From assembly GCA_977017645.1 (NCBI GenBank), contig OZ360220.1, forward strand, positions 58,652,001 to 58,716,000: a DNA stretch of 64,000 nucleotides, in the 5' to 3' direction. Shown in pieces: positions 50,257 through 61,949 of the stretch; the stretch's first letter is position 1; every line of letters starts with the position of its first letter. Source of the DNA: Torpedo marmorata (taxonomy: Eukaryota). Made by a program: the position numbers and the translations under genes. Under the pieces are notes generated by a model that saw only the letters and a program-made list of their open reading frames with translations, was not told where the DNA came from and did no database searches.

Positions 50257-51106
50257 ACTTAAATTGCTGCTTCACCTGGAAATACTGTTTGAATCCCTGG
50301 ATGGTGGAAAGGGAGGAGGTGAACGGACAGGTGCGATGTGTCCAATTGTTGCATGAGAAATGCCATGAGAGGAGTGCTGGGGGGACAGTATTGAGAACAA
50401 GGGATGTGTGAAGGGAGCAATCCCTTTGGAATGCTAAAAGGAGAAGGAACGGAATATATGTCTGGTGGTGGAATCATGTTGGAGATGGCAGAAATTGCAA
50501 AAAATGATTCAGAGAATATGGAGGCTGGTGGGGTGGAAGATAAGGGCGACGGAACTTTGTTCTTGCTCAGCAGTGTAGTGAAGAATATTCAGCAGTGTGA
50601 CATTCTACAAAAGTTAAAAGATATAAATGCATGGTCAGCATTCCTAAAAAGACAGAATATATTTTTTATTACATGGCCTTTTCATAAGAACTTGTAATGA
50701 GATATCCCAAAGCACTTCATAAGAGTACCATTCAGACAGTAAGTCAAAACTGTGCACGGCCAGAGCACCAAGAGTTGGGTCAATGACTTAGGTTTTAGTA
50801 AGCTCCGTACAAGAGGTGAGGATGGTGGAGAGGAACGTCATTGCACTTTGTACCTATAAGGATGTTCACCCAATCCATGCCCAAAGGTAGTGTGGAATAT
50901 GATTCTTCCACTTAAACATTCTTTTTACTACTCAATAATCTTTTGCAGTTTCCAGCAATTGTGCTTTTGTTCCCTAAGACTCATTGCTTTTTCACTTTTT
51001 CCATTTTCAATGGATGGAGAAACAAATCAATAAATAAATTGTTCTTTGCAAAATAAATGAATTGTAATTTCATCAATGAATCCAATCCAAGACACTGATA
51101 CCTCAC

Positions 51107-51275
51107 CTGGGATTATTCTTCATAGGAGTGATGTCCACAATGCCTTCAGCATTCTTCATGTTATTTGTACTGATGGATAGCGATTGATCATTTATCCTGG
51201 AAGCTAAGTTCCACACTCGTAGAAAGTTCTCTCCGTTACATATTGCCAGGCAAAAGTGCAGGTCAAGGCATGTCC
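51107..51275 (-). CDS. NWD-like gene exon (TCLDLHFCLAICNGENFLRVWNL...MKNNP)
   Basis: Acceptor atatttcag (phase 1), donor AG|gtgagg (phase 2). Confidence 0.85.
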
Positions 51276-52359
51276 CTGAAATATTGAGGTGACCATTGTT
51301 CATTTGGACATGCTCTTGACAATATTTAATGAATTGTTTCCAACTGACACTGATTTCCACACTCCCTTCCCTCACCCTCCCTTACAAATTCCCTCTTGCC
51401 ATCAGGGCTCATGCTGGGGTATGGCTCCATTGACAGGAGTTGTTTGCAACGACATTCAAATAGTAGGCAGTTGTCTGTGACTCAGCCAACTAGTCCTGTC
51501 TGATATATGCACACATTCACTGAGGGATGTGCACCGATTGATTTTTATTGATAATAATCAAGATCTTAATAGATCTTTATGGATAATAATAAAATATTTT
51601 CAGTTGGCTGAGCTATACATTTTAGCAAAGTCTTTTAAGAGCCTTGACATTTAATTTGATATTATTACAACTTCTCCCTTGCACATTCCAGTCAAACAAG
51701 GGGATTTCTGGCTGTCACTGAGTAAATTCATAAATTATTTAATCAATGCAACTCAAATATTTTGCACATCGGGAAATTAGCACAATCTGGACAGGAGAAA
51801 TTCATGGTTTTACAAATGGACTTTCTTGTGCGCAGTAATTAAATAAGCTACATGAAATCTTTAGCAGGTAAGTAACTGGGAATGCAACTACCTGCAATAT
51901 CTTAAGAACATTGGTAATGAGCGTTTTGACCACTTGTGTCTGCACTCCCATTCATTGAGACCATGGTAGATCTTTTACCTCAATGCCTTTCCTGCACTAT
52001 CCCTATACACCTGGATTTCATGAATATCCAAACATCTATCAGTCTCTTTCTTGTCTGAGCAAATAAGCTTCAGGTTAAGGAGTTCACATTTACTGTCTTG
52101 GGGTGAGAACAGTTTTTCACAGCTTGCTCCTGAATATATTTTGAAAACTGTGACTCATAATTCCGGACAACTTACAAATATTTAAAACAAATCATGGATG
52201 AAGTGAATGCTCACAATCTTTTCCCAGGGTGGATGAATAGAGCTCTTCCTTCTCACCTTAAACTTTGCAGGTTTCAGCAATTGTCCTTTTGTTCCCTAAG
52301 ACTCGCTGAGAACGTTGCAAGTTTGAGGTGAGAAGGGAGATATTTAAAAGGGACCTGGG

Positions 52360-52648
52360 CAGTGGCGGATTAACTGCCACCCGAGCTCCTAGGCTGAACT
52401 TTAGTAAGGCTCCACCTGACCTTGCCCCCCTGCCCCACCCTTCGTTGCCCAGGAGCCCGACGTCCCCGCTCCTGCCCGGGAGCCCGACGTCCCTGCTCCT
52501 GCCCAGGAGCCCGACGACCCCACTCCTGCCCAGGAGCCCGACGACCCCGCTCCTGCCAGGAGCCTGATGTCCCCGCTCCTGCCAGGCCCCCCTCCCTTCC
52601 GGGCCCCTAGGCTTAAGCCTACTCAGCCTAATGGTTAATCCGCCACTG
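52360..52648. mobile_element. hAT-type MITE containing a GC-rich minisatellite
   Basis: Perfect 15-bp TIR CAGTGGCGGATTAAC / GTTAATCCGCCACTG; perfect 8-bp TSD GACCTGGG; inserted in a CR1 remnant. Confidence 0.9.
52445..52585. repeat. 27-bp minisatellite, about 5 copies (CTGCCCAGGAGCCCGACGWCCCCGCTC)
   Basis: Direct tandem repeats. Confidence 0.9.
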
Positions 52649-53914
52649 GACCTGGGGGGTAACTTTTTCACTCAGAAGGTGGTCCATATCTGGAACAAGC
52701 TGCCAAAGGAAGATATAGAATTAGGTACAATTCTGACATTCAAAAGGCATTTGGACAGATATATGGATAGAAATGGCTTAGAAGGATATGGCCCAAGTGC
52801 TAGAAAACATTCTAGTCTTGGTCAGCATGGATGAGTGGACTGAAGGGCCAGTTCTGTGCTGCATTATGATGACTCCCAGTTCAAGGAAACATCATCCTTG
52901 CATCTACCTTATAAAACCCTGTTAGAATTCATATATTTCAATGAAAGCACCTCTCATTCTTCTAAATTCAAAACTATAGACCCAGTCTCCTTAACCCGTC
53001 CTTAAAGGATATCCCCTATCCCCATTGCAGGAATCAATCTGGTGAACCTTCATTGCAATCCTTCTTGTGCAAGTATATTCTTCTTTTGGTAAGGAAACCA
53101 AACCTGAACACAATCAGTTGAAGTAAGATGCTTTTACTTTTGTACTCAAATGTTCTTGCCAACATACCATATACCCTCCTAGCTACTTGCTTTCATTGTT
53201 CGGTGTACAGGACACTCAAGGGTTGAAAACACAACCACGGTGTCTTACAGATTTTCGTGATTTACTCAGGGGTTGAAACAGAGGGATAGAAACAGATGGG
53301 ATGATATAGATGGGTTGAAACAGGGGCTGGGGCTGGAGCAGAGGGGCTGAAACACCAAAAAAACTTTCATTCTGTCACCATTAAAAAAAAAAAAAAAGCT
53401 CAATTTTTGTACTTTGCCTGCAGTGATGAATGAGCCTACATTTTACCACATTATATTCCACCTGCCATGTCCTTGCTCATTCATTTAGTCTTTCATATCC
53501 TCCTTACAACCTACTCTGGGACCTAAGTAATATTGTTCCCCTCATCTAAATCAGGTATAGATTGCAAGCAGCCAGGGTCCCAGCAATGATCTCTGCAGCA
53601 TTCCACTGATCACAGGTTCCCAATGAGTCATTTATTCCAACTCCCTGGTTTCTGTTCAATATCCAAACCTCAATCAATGCCAGGGCATTAACCATGTACA
53701 GTATTCTAATTTTGTGGAGCATTTTATTAAAGGAGCCCAAAACGTCCAAAGGCACAACATCCAGTAATTCCCCCTTATACATTCTCTCAGTTCAAACCTC
53801 AAAAATCATTTAATTTTTCTTCCATAAACCCACGTTATCTCCTGCTAATCCAATCTAAGCTTGCCTGTTAGTGCACAGTGGGAATCAGTTCTCTTTATTA
53901 GTTACTCCAATAAC

Positions 53915-54264
53915 TGGTTAGAATTTACAAGGATGTTGTCCGGACTTGAAGAGCTGAGTTATAGAGAATGGTTCAATAGGTTAGGACTTTATTCCCTGGA
54001 ACGTCAGAGAATGAGGGGGGATTTGATAGAGGTATACAAAATGATTAAGGGTATAGATAGAGTAAATGCAAACAGGCTTTTTCTAACAAGGATGGGTGAG
54101 ACAAGAACTGGAGGACATGGGTTAAGGCTGAAAGGTGAAATGTTCAAGGGGAATATTAGGGGGAACGTCCTCAGTCAGAGAGTGGTGAGAGTGGGGAACG
54201 AGGCGCCAGCGGAAGTGGTGGATACGCATTTGATTTCAATATTTAAAAGAAAATTAGAAAGGTG
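53915..54264 (+). mobile_element. CR1 3' fragment
   Basis: FTRMLSGLEELSYRE..RMRGDLIEVYKM. Confidence 0.75.
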
Positions 54265-55261
54265 CAGTAAAATCCCCATTATCTGGCATTCAATCAACCG
54301 GAAACTCAAACAACCGGCTAAAAAGAAAATCGAGGAAATAAATAAATAAACAAATAATTTCAAATAAATAAGACGGGGTGGATGGAGCCTATGGGAGAGC
54401 GTTGAGACGTCGTTGGACATGCGCAGGTTTGCCCCGCTGAATGGGCAATGCCTCTCAATGTGCGCGCATTCTTTTCGTTGTTGCCACTTGCGTGGAGGTG
54501 AGCAGGGTTGTCAGCGCGAGGAAGGTGCGCCGAGGGCCTGACCAAGACACTTGTGTGGAGGTGAGTCGGGTTGTCAGCGAGGAAGGTTCACCAAGGGCCT
54601 GACCGAGACACTGGCCTGGAGGTGAGCCAGGTTGTGCTGAGGGCCTGACTGGGACACCAGGATGAAGAGCCGGTCAATGCTGCTCGCCGCTGGGGCTACT
54701 TTCCCGAAGTGTCTCCCTATCCCTGTCTAGTAAGCGTCTTTATTATTTTTATTAGTATTAAATATATTAGTAAGGCTTCATCTGTAAACTTAGTGGAGAG
54801 GGTTAATTATGACGGCAGCATGGTTAGCGTAGCAGCTAGCGCAATGCTGTTACAGCGCCAACAGAAGTGGTGGATGCGCATTTGATTTCGAAATTTAAGA
54901 GAAGATTAGATAGGTACAATAAAATCCCCATTATCTGGCATTCAATCAACCGGAAACTCAAACAACTGGCAAAAAAAATTGAGGAAAAAAATAAAATAAA
55001 AGTTCAAATAATTGTTTGAATTTAATTTTGGTAAGTTACGGGAATTACTTGATTAAAGTGAACTTTACATAATTAAAGACTACAAAACTGATTTTTTTTC
55101 AAATTACTTTACATTTTGCACTGTATTTTGACTTTTAAATGGTGTATTCTTAATGCACGTGTATTAGTTAGACATTGGAAGAGTGAGTTTCAGTCAACTG
55201 GAAAATTTGCATATCTGACATCTGTGATCCCCGTAGGTGCCAGATAATGGGGATTTTACTG
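54265..55261 (+). mobile_element. Tigger-like MITE (CAGTAAAATCCCCATTATCTGGCA TIR), rearranged
   Basis: TIRs at both ends; related to 30647..31364; contains a SINE head (54814-54860) and a duplicated left junction. Confidence 0.8.
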
Positions 55262-56221
55262 TACATGGATGGGAGGGGTTTGGAGGGCTATGTTCCGGGT
55301 ACAGGTCGATGGGGATAAATAATTTGAAACACGAAAGTCTGCTGATGCTGTGATTGTATTCAAAACACAGAAATGCTGGAGGAACTCAGCCGGTCTCACA
55401 GTGTCCATAGGAGGTAAAGATATGCCTGTATTACTGAAGTTTCAGGCCTGAGCCCTTCTTCAAGGTAAATAGTTTGGCATGGACTAGATGGTGCTGTAGT
55501 GTTCTATGGTTCCAATTGTAACTAACCAGATAACAATCCAAAACAAGACAGATATCTCTTTCTGAGCAGGCTATGCAGAACTATTCACCACATTATGTTC
55601 TTGAAAACAGCAAATCACTCCATTGTCTCATCATTCAAATATTGAACAAGAAAGGAATACAGGGAAGATTGAGATGTTCTTTATAAATAATGTCAAATAA
55701 ATTATTACTTAAAAATAATTCCTGCCATCCTCTCTATCTGTGCCCATCTTCATTTGTTGCATTTGGTTTGGTTAAGATTTGGCTCCAGTTGCAAAGCCCG
55801 TGAGGTTCTCAATGAGGATCCTGGATGTTACTAGGGCTTGATGCTCTAAGAGAGGTGGGGGGGGGAGGGTAAGGGAGCGGAGCTCCATCCACTATCCTGA
55901 TCAATACATACGGTTCTTTTCATGTGATTAAAAAGCACCATGCCAATTGCAAAACAACAGGCAGGGTCTACTGCAACCACTCGTCAGGTGGCTCATCAAC
56001 TCTTTGTCTTTGATAACCCTCTCTGTCCTTTCCGCGTTCAATCACAACATAAATCGGTGTTGAATCTTGATGGTGGTGATGGTTGCCACCTCCTACAATG
56101 GATGTAAAACAAAACGCGAGGATATTTTCACTTGTTGGAAAATGTTCATTTGTCAGGAGCCATCTATCTGGCATGATTTCTGAAACGGCCACCCAGTCGT
56201 TGTTGGGGAGAGCTCACTTGC

Positions 56222-56469
56222 CTCCTATTGCTGTAGAGGAGAACTTGGCCAAGTGCTTGTGGTCTTCTGTCTCCAGGTTCCAGGAGATAATCTCTGAGGT
56301 ACTTGTTTTAAGAGAGCAGCAGAGTGCCACAAGATGTGACCCCGAATCATTCACAGATAGAAAGGAAAGCTTATGATTACAACAGCCTTTTACTGTGCGG
56401 GCATAAGCAAAAGTCTTCACTCCAAAAAGTTCAATGTGGAGTATTTCACGCATCCTTGAGCATGGATAC
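56222..56469 (-). CDS. NWD-like gene exon (YPCSRMREILHIELF...EIISWNLETEDHKHLAKFSSTAIG), GC donor
   Basis: Acceptor ttatttcag (phase 2). The donor that keeps the frame is AG|gcaagt (phase 1). Confidence 0.8.
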
Positions 56470-56998
56470 CTGAAATAACATTGCAGCAATGAGTAAACAA
56501 ACAGCAATGATGAACAAAGCACTCAAATGTATGGAGTGACCTCATTAAAGAGAATTAAATATATCCATCCTATTCCATTTCAGAAATACAAATGTATGCA
56601 TTTTGAATTCAGATTTTGGTTTCCAGCTCATTCTGAAATTGATTGCAAACCAGAAATTTGCAAATACACATGGTATACTAAGGGTAAACGTTCATGTGGC
56701 CCATAGCAGTGTGGTTTCCATCAGAAGACGGTACCCAAGGAGTGGGTGGGTGGAGGGGTTGGGTTCACAAGAGATGAGGTGTACCATTTTGAAATATTGG
56801 CACATTAATGGTCAAGAAAAAGAAAACAAATCTATTTCCAATTTTTCAAATGAATCATGCTTGAAAATCAATGTGGCTCTTTGGATTGTGGTTTAATAGC
56901 CTTAAAATCACAATACAAAGTGCTAACAAAGGAAAACTCAATTCTACTTTCCATTACCTTTTGCTTAATTTTTATTGAATAAGTGATACAATACATAC

Positions 56999-57127
56999 GT
57001 GCAGACTATAATGAAATAATCCTTAGTAACTGCCACCCCTTGGATGGACGCGGCGGCATCACAGGCTGGCAGCTTGCCAACTACTTTGCCTTTTTTAGAA
57101 CTCAGTACCATTGCTTCTTTTCCGCAC
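56999..57127 (-). CDS. NWD-like gene exon (CGKEAMVLSSKKGKVVGKLP...KDYFIIVC), most 5' exon found
   Basis: Donor AC|gtatgt (phase 2). Acceptor gactttgtcag preferred; a second AG at 57172-57173 would extend the exon to 57171. Confidence 0.75.
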
Positions 57128-57180
57128 CTGACAAAGTCGCAAAAAGCAGTTAGATCAAATATAGAAAGTATCTGCAAGTA

Positions 57181-57898
57181 CAGTAAAACCCCTGGTATCC
57201 AGAATTCAAGCAACTGGCAGCCTCAAGCAACTGGCAAAAAAAAAAAAAATTGAGGAAAATAAATAAAATATATAAAATAAATAAGAATAAAATAATAGGT
57301 AAGTTTAAAATTGTAAAAGTAAATGTTCTCTGAAGTAACACATAAATCTTTGGTGAAGATGGGAGCAAATATTCAGCCAGCAGAGTGCCTTGGTCGTGCT
57401 TTGGTCGTAACAGCTGTTTGAATAAAGATGTGTGAAACAGCAATGGCGTCGCCCACGATGAAGAGCTGGTTGATGCTGCACGCCGTTGGGGTGACTCTCT
57501 TAAAGTGTCCCTGCTTAGTAAGAGTCGCCCCGGTCAGAGATTTTATCTGTAAACTTGGGGAAAGGGAGGGAGGGGGGGGGTGTGGTTAATTATCTATAAT
57601 GTTATTGTTTGTCTTTCGGGCGGCTCCGTGGAGGGGGAGAACCTGCAGATGCAGCGAAGGTTAAATGTTTTCAAAGAATGTCAATGAAAATAAAGTAAAA
57701 TACTTTAAGGTTCATATATTCATGCAAGTGAAGTTTGTTCAGTGTAAGTACAATGTAGTATTTTTGTCTTTTAAACTGTTTATTCTTAATGCAGGTGCAT
57801 TAGTTAGACATTGTAAGAGTAAGTCTCAAACAACTGGAAAATACACTTATCCGGCATCTACCAATCCCCATAGGTGTCAGATACCAGGGGTTTTACTG
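57181..57898 (+). mobile_element. Tigger/pogo-like MITE, copy 2
   Basis: TA|CAGTAAAACCCCTGGTATC ... GATACCAGGGGTTTTACTG. Confidence 0.85.
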
Positions 57899-58029
57899 TC
57901 CTCTGAATATCAAGTATATTGCCCACTAATGTTGTGAAAACTGGTGGTTGGTTGGGGGGAGGAAAGAGGAGGAGGATGCAAACAAGCAGGGTGTAACGTG
58001 ACGTTTGTGGGGAGTGAGAATAGCACACT

Positions 58030-58515
58030 TATTTACAGGAAAGATATCAATAAGATTGAAAGAGTGCAGAGAAAATTTACAAGGATGTTGCCGGGACTTG
58101 AGCAGTTATAGGGAATGGTTAAATAGGTTAAGACCTTATTCTTTAGAGCGTCAGAGCATGAGGGGAGATTTGATGGAGGTATACAAAATTATGAGGGTTA
58201 TAGATAGGGTCAATGCAAGCAGGCTTTTTCCACTGAGGTTGGGTGGCACAAGAATTCGAGGACATGGATTTAGGGTGAAAAGTGAAATGTTTAAAAGGGA
58301 AATTTTGGGGAACCTCTTCACTCAGAGTGTGGAATGAGCTGCCATCAGAAGTGGTGGTTTGATTACAACAATTTGGAAAAATTTGGATAGGTACATGGAT
58401 GGGAGGGATATGGAGAATCATGGTCCATGTGCAGGTGGTTGGGACTAGGTGGAAAAATAGTTTGGCACAGACTAGATGGGCTGAAGGGCCAATTTCTGTG
58501 CAATACTGTTCTATG
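58030..58515 (+). mobile_element. CR1 3' fragment
   Basis: MRGDLMEVYKIMRVIDRVN; homologous to 53915..54264. Confidence 0.75.
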
Positions 58516-58889
58516 GCTTATGCAACAGTTAGAAGCTATCTGCAGTAATATCTATGTTCACAATGTACCACCAATAATGGTTCACAAACCTATCTTTCAC
58601 CTTACACAACATGGTTAAATGATCATTCTCTCTTGGTGCAGCTTTCTTATGCATTCACTTTGAAGTACACAAGGCAAACTTTTATTGAATAGGCTTTCAC
58701 TTATCAGGTATATTTCATCACCTAGCCAGGTACATCCTCATTAAACACATTGCAATAACTCACGGGATGTTCTGCTTTTAATTAAATCTGCCTATGGCTC
58801 ATAGAAATATCCGTTTGCTGGAGTCAGGAGATGCTGTTCATTATTTGGCCTTTTCAACAGTTCCAATCTATTCACAATTGTAATTTGGA

Positions 58890-59180
58890 TGGCATGGTTA
58901 CTGTAGCGTTTAGCACAATGCTATTACAGTGCTAGTCACCTAGGTTCGAATCCGCTTCTGTCTGTAAGGGGTTTGCATATTCTCCCTGAGTCCCCGTGTC
59001 TGCATGAGTTTCCTATGGGTGCTACAGTTTCCTCCCATGTTCCAAAGATGTCCAGGGTTGGTAGGCTGATTGGTGAACTGGGTGTATTTGGGAGGCCTGG
59101 GCGCCTCTGACATTCCGAAGATGTGCAGGCACGGGCTCGTGGGCCGGAAAGGCCTGTTACCGTGCTGTATCTCAAAATTA
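58890..59180 (+). mobile_element. SINE (V-SINE-like)
   Basis: B-box GGTTCGAATCC and core. Confidence 0.72.
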
Positions 59181-59611
59181 AAACCTGGTTTATGCACATT
59201 AGGATAAGATCAGAGATAAGGAGAAACTTCTTCTGCCAGTGGGTGGTGAATCTAAGGAAAGTGGAGATGGTGTCAGGATGTTTCCTCTGGTCAAGTAATC
59301 AGAAATAGGGTGGGTGATAGTCTCAAGATTAGAGGGCCAACAGTTTAAGACAGGGATGAAGACAAATATGTTTTTTCAAAGGCTTGCAAATCATTAAAAT
59401 CATTAGAACTCAGTATTCTGGATGATGCAAAGACATTGTGTCTACTCACGACAGAGATTGACAGATACTGTCCTAAAATGGAGGGTAGGTAGAATTGGGC
59501 AGGCAAATGAAGCCAAAGATCAAATCAGCATTGATGTTGAATGGAGCAGCAGGTTCAAGGGATGAATGGCCTTCTCTGCCTGTTCTTATGAGGCAATTTA
59601 CAATTCAAGTA

Positions 59612-59830
59612 CAGGTATACCCCGCTTTACGAAACTAGAGTGTTCCTATGAAACCATTCGTAAGCTGAAATGGCGTAAAGCGAAGACCCATTCGCTACTA
59701 TTGAAGGCTATTTTCGTAAAAGCGAAAACCCATTCAAAACCCATTCAAATTTCTTTCGGATAGCTAACACAGGTTTCTTCGTAAAAGTGAATTTTTGTAA
59801 AGCGAGTATTCGTAAAACAGGGTATACCTG
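59612..59830. mobile_element. Short Tigger-like MITE (219 bp)
   Basis: TA|CAGGTATACCCCGCTTTACGAA ... TTCGTAAAACAGGGTATACCTG|TA. Confidence 0.85.
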
Positions 59831-59899
59831 TATATTTCAGATTTTCAAATTTTCCAGATATTCCAGATTTTCAAAAAGACATGCTCGAAGGCATAGGAA

Positions 59900-60370
59900 G
59901 AAGTAAAACACGAAAGTCTGCAGACACCGTGGTTGAAGTAAAAACACAATGCTGGAGAAACTCAGCAGGTCAAATAGTGTCTTTATATAGCAAAGATAAA
60001 AATACATAACCGACGTTTCGGGCTTGAGCCCTTCATCAAGGTATGGAAAAATGTGGGCAGACGTACGAATAAAAGGGTAAGGGGGGGAGGTGTGGTCGCA
60101 AAGGCAGGAGGTGATAGGTGGAGAAGGGAGGGAGGGGACAGCAGCAAGCAAGGGGAGGAGGGATGGCTTGGTGAATAGAGAGGGAAGGGGGTGGAGAGCT
60201 GACAGGGGGAAGGGAAGGGAGGGGGAAAGGAGAGCAGGTTAGCATAAACCGGAAAAGTCGATGTTAATGCCATCTGGCTGGAGAGTGCCCAGAGGGAAAA
60301 TCAGGTGTTGTTCCTCCAATTTATGGGTGATCTTGGTAGGATAGTACATTAGGTCATGGACAGACATGCT
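59900..60370 (-). mobile_element. Penelope-like element 3' fragment with hammerhead-like motif
   Basis: Homologous to 47440..47870 and 34475..34908. Confidence 0.8.
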
Positions 60371-61149
60371 CAAAGAGATTACATGTATTGCCAAATATTG
60401 GGGATATAAGAGTATAAGGTTAGGCTTATCTTCAAGTCACCATGGTCAGAATGGTGCCTGATTAATTGCCAAGGATAAATTATTTACTGATTTGTTAGTT
60501 GCAGTGGATAGGTTACAGATACTAGCCCCAGTACTTTTAGGAAATTATTTGATAGACTCCACTTGAATTAAATCTTAAATTACCTGCAGCCACGAACAGC
60601 AACATATTGATGCATTATTTACAGCTGAGCAGTTTCAGTTCAATTGCCATAAGATCTGTAACCAGATCCATTTGGTTTTATGATGCATGTGGCAGCTGTC
60701 AAGAGTTGTATTATTCATGTTGTTTGGGTGCTGGTTTTGGAGAGAAGTGCTGTTTATCATTCACACGCTGACAACCAATGTGGCATTATGTTCCATGAAG
60801 GTGTGTGGAACTACTGTAAGCAGGTTTGACAGTCGCTAGTTTGACAGTAATAGAGTCATAGGTTCATACTGCACGAAACAGGCCTTCACCCATCGCTTCC
60901 ATGCTGACCAAGTTGTCATTCTGGGCTAGTCCTATTTACGTGTATTTGATCCATATCCTTCTAAACCCTTTCTATCCAAAAATCGAACACAAGGGCAAAA
61001 TAGGACGTGTGCATATTGAGTAAGTTAAACACAATCTGCTGGAGGAAAAGAAAGCTCAATGTTGTGGGCCAGAACCCTTCATAAGGAACCCTCTGGCAGA
61101 TTGTGTATAGCTTCAGATTCCAGCATCTGCAGTCCCCTGTGTGTCTTCT

Positions 61150-61610
61150 GTGAATGTATTGGAGAGGGTGCAGAGGAGATTGACCAGGATGTGGTCTGTG
61201 GTGGAAAGTTTCAGCTGTGAGGAGACACTGGAAAGTCCTGGAGTTGAGGAACTGAGGGGAACCTGATTAAGGTGTACAAAATTACGATGGTCACAGATAG
61301 AGTGGATAGTGAGAAAATTTCTCCCATAGCAGAGATGTCTAAAACTAGAGAACACAAGTTAAAGATGAGGAGCAAGAAGGTTAGAGGGATCTGAGGAAAA
61401 AATATTTTCACCCAGATGGTGTTTGCAATCGAGGATGCACTGCCAGAGAAGGTGGAGAAGGCAGGCATCCGCACAAGTTGTAAAAGTATCTGGGCAAGCA
61501 CTTGAATCACTAAAGCATAGAAATCTATAGATATGGGATTAATATAGACAAACACTTGATGATCAGCATGGTCACGATGGGCTGAAGAGTCTGTTGCTGT
61601 GCTGTATGAC
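61150..61610 (+). mobile_element. Degenerate CR1 3' fragment
   Basis: LERVQRRLTRM, LRGNLIKVYKI remnants. Confidence 0.65.
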
Positions 61611-61949
61611 AGAGACAAGATGAGGAAAGAAAGATATGACTATTGGGGGGAGGTTTGAGTGAGGAATGACCATGGGAGGAGGGGAAGGAGGTGATGTGGT
61701 GTTCTGTTGCAAATGGAGGACAAAAGGATAGAAAATTGGGAATTTGAAAAAATATATAGTTGTGGAGATCTGTGTGGTGACAGGTACAAGGATCTGCAGA
61801 AGATGGTCTTATCTGCGACTTAGCCCATGGGAATAAAGCCTGTGATGCCTGATCAAGAGAGGTAAGAAATCCAATTAAGAAAGTTCATATGAAGAGAGGA
61901 AAAGGGACCAGTGACTTTAAAGAATAGAGATAATGACAAGAGGGAGTAG

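Larger units (their letters stand above)
49290..50560 (-). mobile_element. Old Penelope-like fragment split by the tRNA-Ala/SINE insert
   Basis: Degenerate GIY-YIG region and terminal repeat; sequence resumes after the duplicated AATTGCTG. Confidence 0.65.

Noticed and set aside
52258-52671. Pro/Ser-rich and Gly/Arg-rich repetitive ORFs on both strands
   Set aside because: They are translations of the 27-bp minisatellite inside a MITE; no splice context
55968-56192. 74-aa minus-strand ORF next to a host exon
   Set aside because: Intronic; separated from the exon by a stop and not needed for phase continuity
60583-60700. Strong minus-strand donor (CAG|GTAATT) as a further host exon
   Set aside because: All three frames hit stops shortly upstream and I found no convincing acceptor
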